A program made the translations under genes and the position numbers. DNA of 64,000 nucleotides from assembly GCA_002811645.1 (NCBI GenBank), contig PDIP01000063.1, positions 201,190 to 265,189 on the forward strand, given 5' to 3'. Below, one piece after another: positions 56,197 to 64,000 of the stretch (positions within the stretch are counted from its first letter, which is position 1; every line of letters begins with the position of its first letter). The DNA is from Corallochytrium limacisporum Hawaii (Eukaryota; Protista; Pluriformea). The notes under the pieces were generated by a model. The model was not told the DNA's origin. It was given only the letters and a program-made list of their open reading frames with translations, and searched no databases.

Positions 56197-59100
56197 ATGG
56201 AGGAAGCTGGAGGAAAGTCCGGGGTGGCCGGAAACTCGGATCAGCCCGACGGGAATGTACGGAGGCTGAGTGAGAATGAAGCTGGATTGGAACAGAGAGC
56301 ACCTAAGCGGCTTGCCAAAGATGAACAGGCCACAGGAAAAGCACAACAGTCCGCAGACAGGCCTTCGGGAAGCACACCACAACAGCGTCCTAGTCCTCAC
56401 CCAGTTTATCCCACACCAGTGCATGAAGGTGGGCCAGCTGCGAGGTACACCGACGGAAGCAATGGAACAAACCCCCAGCAGCAACAGCAACCGCAACAGC
56501 AGCAACAACAACCACAACAACAGCAACAGCCCCAACAACAACAACAACAGCAACCATCCACTAGGGTGCCGCAGCCCAGCGGTGATTGGGGGTCCGAAGG
56601 AAGTAACAATGTAAGTGGAAGCCAGCAGGCGGCATACTACGACGCAGGAGCGCCAAGAAACGCTGATGGGCAAGAAGGACCCGCCAGTAGATCTGGATCA
56701 GAGCCACTACCTGGACCCCCTTACCAAGCACCGCCTACTGAGAATGGTAGTAATCAGGGATCTGAGACGCAGCAGCCTGGTGTGGGTGGACCTCCTCAGG
56801 AAGGATATCCAGCAGATGGTAGGTACGGTGCGCCTGTCTATTCTGGTCAGAGTATGCATCAACCACCGCAAGCCCCACCAAACTATGGTGCACCGGATGC
56901 CTCCTCTACTCCTTATGCACGGCAGCAACCATCTCAGGGCTATGGTCCATCTGGAGCCGTACCTGGGTCTTACCCACCACCACAGCTGCAACAAGAGTCT
57001 GGACCTCTGCCACCACAACAGCAACAAGCACCACCGCAAGAGCAGAATGCTTCTCAACAGTCGTCGTCACGACCGGAGTCTCGGCAGCAGCAACAGCAAC
57101 AGCAACAGCAGCAACCGCAGCCACAAACGACGCAGGAAGGGCAACCTTTCCAGGGACCGGCTAGTCAGATACAACAGCAGTCTGAAACAAAACCCCAGGA
57201 TTCGAGCAGTAATGTCAAGTTGAGCGGGTACCAACCGTCTGATGGAGCCAACAATGCTAGTGGCCAACAAAGTGCTTCGGCTGAGGCAGCCGCCGCTCAA
57301 GCGCAGCAAAGAACCACCCCTGTTGCCGCTCAAGGGACAGCGCACATGAAATCTGACAGCGGACGTGGATCTCCACATCAGCCGCAAGGGGGCTCACGTA
57401 GCCACTCTGGCCTTGCAAAAGCCAACCAAGTACCCCGTCAAGAAAGTCCTCATGGTGGTGTCCCAACACAGCATGGACAAAACTATCCACCTCAGTCACA
57501 AAACTATCCCAATCAGGCCCCTTTGCGGGTTCAGGGTGGAGTCCCCATGCCTCCCGGACAACAGACGCGAGACGGAGTGGGTCACCAACCCCAGCAACAG
57601 AAGCAACCACAACAGCATCCATATTATGGAGCGCCGCCGCCAGATCCATCATACCAGCAAAGGACCGGCCAACCTCAACAGCAGCATCCTGGTATGGGTG
57701 TTGATCAACGGCCAGTGTCTCAGCAGGGCAGCCAGATGGCACCTGTGCAACGTTACCCGCCCGGTGTAGGGGGACCGGTGCAACGCCCGTCTTCGCAGCC
57801 TGCACACGGTGGACAGCAGCAGACCGGTACTCCGCAGGCTCCGCAAGCCCACGGACCGCCACCTCCTGTCAGCTACCGACAAAGTCCTCAGCAGCAGGGA
57901 GCGCGACGTGCCAATGGATCGTACACGCAACAGACAAGACGAAGCGCCACGCAAACCCCGCCTGTAGGGCCTGCTGCCAACCGACCGACACCGCCATCCC
58001 AAGGATCGTCACGGCCTGGTAGTAGCCACGACGGCAGTAAGCCATATGATGGATACCGTCGCGGTCCGACAGATCAGGCACCACCCTCTCAAGGTGGTTC
58101 CTTGTCCCAGGCGCCGAATTTGCAGCATCGCCCCACCCCGCCCTCCCAGGTCGTTCCCCACGACTATCGGAGTGCGCAAGGCCAGCTACAGGCACAGCAG
58201 CGGCCACCTCAGTCGTCACCGCAGCAAACTGGGCCACCCTCTGTTGATCAACGTCAAGGTGCACCGCCACAGCCTGGGTCTCATCCACAAGGGGCACAGC
58301 CGCCACCGGCACCAATGCAGTATCAAGCACCGCCGCAGCAACAGCTGCAGCAGCACCCACCACCACCTCAGTCTCAGGGTGGGCCCGGCCCGCAGGATCA
58401 TGGACAACAACCACCTGGACCACCGCTAGCACCGACCTACGGTGGCCATCCGCAGGGACCTCCCGGGTATCGTGGACCGCCCCCACCACCAAAGGGTGGA
58501 AGGCCTCCTTTGGACCCACAGCAGCCGCAACCGCCGCAACAACAGCAACCCCCACCCCCATCCATCCAACAGCAGTCGCAGCAACAGCACCCACAACAAG
58601 GGGGGCCGCCGTTGATGCCTGGGCATGGACGTCCAGGCGAGTACGGTGCTCCGAGACCACCTTTCATGCCTCCAACGGCGGGATATCCAGGTCAGCGCCC
58701 GAAGGAGGAGTACGAAAACTATGGATCTGCAGCAATGCCGCCACCGCCGCATATGCAACAGCAGCCATATGGTCAGAATGTAATGCCTCAGGGACCACCA
58801 GGGCATGCGCCTCCGCCACCGGGCCATCCTGGTATGCCACCGCCAGCGAACTATGCAATGTATCCGCAGCCAGGAATGCCGCCTATGCCCGGTGGACAGC
58901 AGCAGCACATGCGGCCCGTTCCGCCACCGCCACTTCCACACGGAGCTCCGCCAGCGGAGTACGCCATGTATCGTAACGTTCCACAATACCCCGGTCCTCC
59001 TCCACCCCCTGGGGGTGCACCTGGACCACATGCTGGCGTGCCGGGAGGACCCCCAGCGTACGGTCAACAACCTGGGGACGGCCGAGAGGCGCCTCGACCC

Positions 59101-59475
59101 CCTGCTCCGATGCCCCGTGCAGGACCTCCAGGTGCTCTGACACCCGAAGAACACAACATCATGAGCGGAGCCGCTGGCCACTACTCTCCTCTTGAAAATG
59201 CCATCTCGTGGCTTAACGACCTCACGAATAAGGAATTGGCCGCGAAGTTTGCGGTACGCGTGTATACTGGCAGTCGCAAGTCAATGCGTTGCAACTTCGT
59301 CAACGCCATTGAGCAGTACTTCCCGGGTCGTATGGGGCCTTGCAATGTTGTAAAGAGCGGTACGAATCAGATTCGTGACATGGTGACGCACATCCGTCTG
59401 CACATGCGCGATTTGGAAATCCAGGTAACTGGCATAGAATTTCACTCTGTGGATCCCTCGAACATTCGCCGCTAG
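56197..59475 (+). CDS. Q/P/G-rich disordered protein (1092 aa) with a ~100 aa folded C-terminal domain; possible transcriptional regulator
   Basis: 3.3-kb ORF with aaaATG start. Only the C-terminus (YSPLENAISWLNDLTNKELAAKFAVRVY...IEFHSV) has globular composition. Confidence 0.85.
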   Translation: MEEAGGKSGVAGNSDQPDGNVRRLSENEAGLEQRAPKRLAKDEQATGKAQQSADRPSGSTPQQRPSPHPVYPTPVHEGGPAARYTDGSNGTNPQQQQQPQQQQQQPQQQQQPQQQQQQQPSTRVPQPSGDWGSEGSNNVSGSQQAAYYDAGAPRNADGQEGPASRSGSEPLPGPPYQAPPTENGSNQGSETQQPGVGGPPQEGYPADGRYGAPVYSGQSMHQPPQAPPNYGAPDASSTPYARQQPSQGYGPSGAVPGSYPPPQLQQESGPLPPQQQQAPPQEQNASQQSSSRPESRQQQQQQQQQQPQPQTTQEGQPFQGPASQIQQQSETKPQDSSSNVKLSGYQPSDGANNASGQQSASAEAAAAQAQQRTTPVAAQGTAHMKSDSGRGSPHQPQGGSRSHSGLAKANQVPRQESPHGGVPTQHGQNYPPQSQNYPNQAPLRVQGGVPMPPGQQTRDGVGHQPQQQKQPQQHPYYGAPPPDPSYQQRTGQPQQQHPGMGVDQRPVSQQGSQMAPVQRYPPGVGGPVQRPSSQPAHGGQQQTGTPQAPQAHGPPPPVSYRQSPQQQGARRANGSYTQQTRRSATQTPPVGPAANRPTPPSQGSSRPGSSHDGSKPYDGYRRGPTDQAPPSQGGSLSQAPNLQHRPTPPSQVVPHDYRSAQGQLQAQQRPPQSSPQQTGPPSVDQRQGAPPQPGSHPQGAQPPPAPMQYQAPPQQQLQQHPPPPQSQGGPGPQDHGQQPPGPPLAPTYGGHPQGPPGYRGPPPPPKGGRPPLDPQQPQPPQQQQPPPPSIQQQSQQQHPQQGGPPLMPGHGRPGEYGAPRPPFMPPTAGYPGQRPKEEYENYGSAAMPPPPHMQQQPYGQNVMPQGPPGHAPPPPGHPGMPPPANYAMYPQPGMPPMPGGQQQHMRPVPPPPLPHGAPPAEYAMYRNVPQYPGPPPPPGGAPGPHAGVPGGPPAYGQQPGDGREAPRPPAPMPRAGPPGALTPEEHNIMSGAAGHYSPLENAISWLNDLTNKELAAKFAVRVYTGSRKSMRCNFVNAIEQYFPGRMGPCNVVKSGTNQIRDMVTHIRLHMRDLEIQVTGIEFHSVDPSNIRR

Positions 59476-59779
59476 TGGGGGCATACCAGAACGATCCCGT
59501 TGACGGAGCCAAAAACATATAAGAAAAATACATAAGGCAACATAGGAAAATACTGAAACACCAATTTACCTTTGCGCTTGCTCAACACCCACCTAAAGTT
59601 CTATACGAGTTACAGAACGGAATTGTGTCCAGTCTATCACGTCCAGCAAACTTGATAATCAATAGAAATATTTCATATTTTTCTTTTTAACAGAATCTGA
59701 TTTTGTTTTAGAATTTCGCTAGACACCTTCCTTCTACCCTCACCCAGTCATGTTGGGGAGCCTTCTCTCTCACATCGCT

Positions 59780-61582
59780 TCAGGAAGCCCGGATTGGTTC
59801 ACCCTGGATGCGCACACGAACATCGTCCTGTGCTCTTCGACGCAGGAACACCCGCCTCATGAAGAAAACCAGGCTAATCACACCGACCGCGAGACCGATA
59901 CTGAGAAGGGGCAAACCAAAGATGCCAGTGAGAGAGGACCAAATATCTCCAAGCCAATTTACGATCGCAACCCCGCCGCCGTCCGGCTCATCTCGTCCAG
60001 TGTCATCAGGTTCCTCTTCAAAGTCTTGTCCTTCACCTTTCACAATCTGAGTGCTATTCGTCTCAAACTGCACAATAACAACGTGAACCGGAGACGCCAA
60101 TGAGTCCTGGAGTTCAACGGTGCATTCATTGTCGGCTTGTCCAATTGGCGTTTGAGTAAACACATCAAAATACCGCCATTCAGAACGATTCGGCTCCACA
60201 TCGAATGATTGCGCCGGAATGGACGCAATTCCGGGGGAACAGTCCCGGACAATAAGCGTGAAAGTGGCTGTTAGGGTCCCAACATTTTTAATAAGGCACT
60301 CCAAAGACCCATTTCGACTTAGTGCTTCAAAAGTATTGAGTCGTACGGCAATGATAGTGCCATCACTACGGTTCACAGTATACTGGAGGTCATCAGCATT
60401 CAGCTCAATCCGCACCACAGATGTGTGGCGCTCATTTACACTGTATGCGAGTTGATACTGCTCCTCCTGAGCAAATACCCCGACGACTTTGCCATATGTG
60501 TCCGCAGAGAATTGGGTTGCGATGTCGTCGGCTCTCCTTTGCTGATCGCTCTCCCATAGGTCAGTGGGTTGGTTGGCTAAACATGTCGAATCCGGACGGA
60601 TACACGCATCATTGTGGTACTTGAAAGCACTGTATCCAACCCCGATCTTATCACATTCATTACCATCTAGAGAAATCATAGATTTGTCGACCAATAGCCA
60701 GGAGTTCGGCATGTCTTGCCGCTGTCGATGGTTTGGATCGCCTGGGTGTGGTATCAACAGCATCCTACTGGAGTGATCGGCCATAGGACTAGACAGAGCG
60801 AACGAACCGACCAATTCTGCCCGTAAAACGTTTTCGATCTTGACCTGTGGCACAGAAGAGGAAAGACTGCCCAATAAAGTTGTGGTTGGTTCCGCCGACT
60901 CTACGCTGAGCTCAATGTCGCGACGCAGAATACCTATGGTGAACTCTGTCCTTGGGGGCTGTACGTCATAGCCTGCATACCATAGGTCATCGAACCTGAG
61001 GCAATGCGCACTGCTCTTTGACGCATTCAGACCGAATATTTGACAGTCAATGCCTGAACGACTGTAACCTGTTTCAAGACCTAGCTGGCGCGCTATAGAG
61101 CAGCTGCAGCAAAATCCCTGCGAGTCAAAAATGCGCTCTCCGTTCTCATCCAGTGCATAGCCACAGGTGGCACCGTCCACAAAATCAGCTTCACAATCAT
61201 CGAATATCCCTAGGAAGTTTGTCCGTCGGAATGTCTTTTCAAATGGTTTCGAATTAAAGGACTGCCTATAGATCAGATTAGAGGACGCATAAACCACAGA
61301 CTTTGTGATAAGGAACTGAAATGGATCTTGCAGATGTGCTTTACGGCCACTGCCAGTTCCTTCGGAATTGTCATCAATTTCATTTACGACAGCAGAGTAC
61401 ACTTCCCCGCGTCCGGAATCTGAAATCACGTCTATGATCACAACCAATTTGTTCTCACATTGCTGATCAATGATCCCATCATCTACACATCGTACAAGCT
61501 CTGACTTGCTAATTATAGAACCAGCTACAGATTGAAATCCAAGCGAAAACCAAAACAACGGAACCATGACGGACGAAGTCAT
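59780..61582 (-). CDS. HAP2: HAP2/GCS1 gamete fusogen (class II fusexin), 600 aa
   Basis: Signal peptide; C..KLVV, KPFE, TCG....G..I.DSQGFCCSC, SAHCLRFDDLWYAGY, LDGNECDKIGVGYSAF...C......CL.NQ; Ig-like domain III; single C-terminal TM and basic tail. Confidence 0.96.
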   Translation of the reverse strand: MTSSVMVPLFWFSLGFQSVAGSIISKSELVRCVDDGIIDQQCENKLVVIIDVISDSGRGEVYSAVVNEIDDNSEGTGSGRKAHLQDPFQFLITKSVVYASSNLIYRQSFNSKPFEKTFRRTNFLGIFDDCEADFVDGATCGYALDENGERIFDSQGFCCSCSIARQLGLETGYSRSGIDCQIFGLNASKSSAHCLRFDDLWYAGYDVQPPRTEFTIGILRRDIELSVESAEPTTTLLGSLSSSVPQVKIENVLRAELVGSFALSSPMADHSSRMLLIPHPGDPNHRQRQDMPNSWLLVDKSMISLDGNECDKIGVGYSAFKYHNDACIRPDSTCLANQPTDLWESDQQRRADDIATQFSADTYGKVVGVFAQEEQYQLAYSVNERHTSVVRIELNADDLQYTVNRSDGTIIAVRLNTFEALSRNGSLECLIKNVGTLTATFTLIVRDCSPGIASIPAQSFDVEPNRSEWRYFDVFTQTPIGQADNECTVELQDSLASPVHVVIVQFETNSTQIVKGEGQDFEEEPDDTGRDEPDGGGVAIVNWLGDIWSSLTGIFGLPLLSIGLAVGVISLVFFMRRVFLRRRAQDDVRVRIQGEPIRAS

Positions 61583-62148
61583 GTAGAGAACTTACAAGAA
61601 ATAATACGCTCTACGACAATCCTGCACTGGCTTGGGGACTATTGCGGGATTCTCTTATAGTGGTACATCAACAGATTGCTCGAACACCACGGTTGATTTC
61701 TTAATTTAAACAAAGAAGTTGTGGTTTGAGTTGTTGTGTGACACAAAACTAACCTACTACTATGACTAGCACATGAGTCAGGCTGTTTGGAGTCTCAGAA
61801 CTGTGCGCTGCCCACATCTGACCCTCCTCAATTCGCCCTTTCCCCTTCCCCTCCACCGAGTTGAAAGCACCGAGTTATCGTTGAACTATAGGCTCGTCGC
61901 CGCAGCGATTGTGAAGTATAGAAAATTTTATTCAAAATCTACTCTTTGGGTGGCAAGAGTGGCTGCGCTGACGCTTAGCAGCATGTATACAGACTACAGA
62001 GCCGTTCTGCCACATATGTGCACAACGTATATGGCATGGACGAAATCAAGAGAAATCAAGGGTCTTTCCCGTGCTGCATCTTGCCGGACGTGACACTGAC
62101 AAATGATCATTAAGTACACTTGGGGGTGGCTGTGGAAGGTTCTCAGTC

Positions 62149-62421
62149 TTACTTCTGGCAAAAGTAGCATCCGAAGCTGTCCTGGACGCAATATTGCTCA
62201 TGTTGAGGTTCGCAACCAGATTCATAGCACTCATCCTGGGTAGGGCAATTAGTATCGCAATGGTAGCACCCGTTGTCGTCCTGGTAGCAAAATTGCCCAT
62301 ACTGAGGGAGGCAAGATCCATAGCACTCATTCATGGTAGGACAATCTGGGGAACGAGCAGCAAATGCTACATTGGTCATGGCTAGGGCTGCCACAACGGA
62401 AAGAGAAATCAGGCGTACCAT
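62149..62421 (-). CDS. Small secreted cysteine-rich protein (90 aa) with two 6-Cys repeats
   Basis: ATG at 62421 (aacATG); signal peptide MVRLISLSVVAALAMTNVAFA; repeats CPTMNECYGS-CLPQYGQFCYQDDNGCYHC and CPTQDECYESGCEPQHEQYCVQDSFGCYFC. Confidence 0.85.
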   Translation of the reverse strand: MVRLISLSVVAALAMTNVAFAARSPDCPTMNECYGSCLPQYGQFCYQDDNGCYHCDTNCPTQDECYESGCEPQHEQYCVQDSFGCYFCQK

Positions 62422-63966
62422 GTTGATTTTAAGGAAACGTTTTTCAGTCAAACTTAGCGATCTCCTCCTAATCTTCCAGCCGTCTCTGCTCTGAACCTTA
62501 AATACCTTAGTTGGAAAAGCGAACTCACAGGTAGTGTGGGTGTCTGGGAACTGTGTCCTGCGTGGCTAAGCAAGTACATACTAGTTGTCTTTCATTCTTT
62601 TGAAGCGCAAAACGTCCCGCGGATGTTGCTGGAAGCGTGGCAACCGGGAATATGCATTTATGTTGTGCACTTTAGCGGACATACTCACAACCTACGATCA
62701 CGTCATACAGGTTCGACTTTGAAATGCGCCCTTCGCGCAATGTCGGTAATGTCAATGGGAGTTTCCGAATCCAGCTGGTGCGAGAGAACATCCACTCCTC
62801 GACAGTCAATCTGGAGGAACGGCACAAGTATACTAGATTACCCACTCGAAACGAGTCCATTTCAATTTGTCAATGCTCCGTTCCCTGATTTCCAATGAAG
62901 GAGTTTATTCTAGCCCGATGCGCTACAATATACCACCGCAACAACAATTCTGGACCCATGGGAACAGAGAAATTCCGCGGTGAGTATCCAGCACAGCATG
63001 CATGTGAGAGATCGACATGGTTACCTTCACCACCCGGTGGTAGAATGAAGTGCGATCGTATCAGAATCCTCCTCCCCCTCCGGGAGTGTGGCCCGAGGTC
63101 TGTCGATAAATCCATCGCATCCAAGGAGATTCCAAATCTACTCTACCTCCGGCAACTGGGCAGATCGTCCGGATGCCCAAACCGGATAAATAAATTTGGT
63201 AATCAGCTTACTTATAAGGAAACAAATACTCACATACCCATATATATGGTCCGCTGTCAGATAGTGCTCAAAAATAGAGCCAAGCCTGTCTGCTATTCAC
63301 CGGGGTGCGGGGGAAATATATTCAGAAGGGTATCCATGTGAAGACTCCAAACCATGTACCGTACGTATAAACAATTTCCTTGGTTCACAAAGTCTTAGGC
63401 TAAGAACTCCGCCTAAGATCTCCAACCAACCCAAACCCATTTGAAAATACGGGAATAGCAGTCAATTGTCGTGAGAGTGCCGATGTCCAACAAAATCAGT
63501 GCAGGACATGGAATACTACAGAAGAGTTTCAAGCAAATAGATCGTCAGCACCTAGCGTCTAACTCGGAGGATTTTAGGTCACACAACTATTTTTTCAGTA
63601 TGTTTCGACAGCGAGTACAGACCCCTAATCTCCGCCCCCATGTCTTTTCAGAATCGGGTGCCCACTCCAGCCAGACATATGTCCGCTCACTATTTTCATA
63701 CGCCGGTTCCGAAGATGACGAGGACATATTCCCGCACGTCTACTTAGGTCACACAAGGTAAGAGTGTGACCTGAGGGAATGGCCAAGTCTCCCACATCCA
63801 CTCATACGGCCATGGAACGGCTTTCCGTACCATCGACATAAATTCACAACTCAGCGCTGTGATGTTGTACATATTACTACCAAGTCCCGCCTCGGTGCTA
63901 TAGTCACGGGAATAAATGAACCGTGGACATAGGTAACACAACAAACGGAGTCGCACCACACGCACC

Positions 63967-64000
63967 TTGGGGTTAGGTTGGGTTAGGTTGGGTTAGGGTT
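63967..64000 (+). repeat. Telomere-like G-rich repeats (TTGGGG TTAGG TTGGG TTAGG TTGGG TTAGGG TT) at the window end
   Basis: G-rich strand runs 5'->3' toward the end and grades into TTAGGG; only 34 bp are visible. Confidence 0.5.

Noticed and set aside
62536-63965. Short ORFs between the Cys-rich gene and the terminal repeats
   Set aside because: No homology signal or consistent frame; treated as non-coding (possibly subtelomeric) sequence.

Overview
Eukaryotic nuclear DNA from a compact genome with apparently intron-less genes and the standard genetic code. The gene set (two-BIR Bir1/survivin, ZnT5/Msc2-type transporter, Tubby, HAP2) and E2F-type promoter sites suggest a unicellular opisthokont-like protist; this is inference, not an identification. 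About 13 single-exon genes are supported, in order: a partial NPF-motif protein, Tubby-like protein, flavin monooxygenase, a large disordered protein, class-3 lipase, CDF zinc transporter, Bir1/survivin, an unknown protein, a SAM + extended-PHD histone-H1-like protein, Cdt1, Cdc6, a Q/P-rich protein with a small C-terminal domain, and HAP2/GCS1, plus a small secreted 12-Cys two-repeat peptide. Two gene deserts lie at about 22.3-38.3 kb and 48.1-56.2 kb, there are five assembly gaps next to C/G-rich runs, and the window ends in telomere-like TTAGG/TTGGG/TTAGGG repeats. Main points of interest: (1) a candidate subtelomeric sex/fusion cassette (HAP2 + secreted Cys-rich peptide + Q/P-rich putative regulator); (2) a head-to-head Cdt1-Cdc6 licensing pair sharing an E2F-site-rich spacer; (3) a recurrent intergenic C(n)G(n) palindrome; (4) a cluster of GTAC-TGAAA-GTAC motifs in the 16-kb desert.
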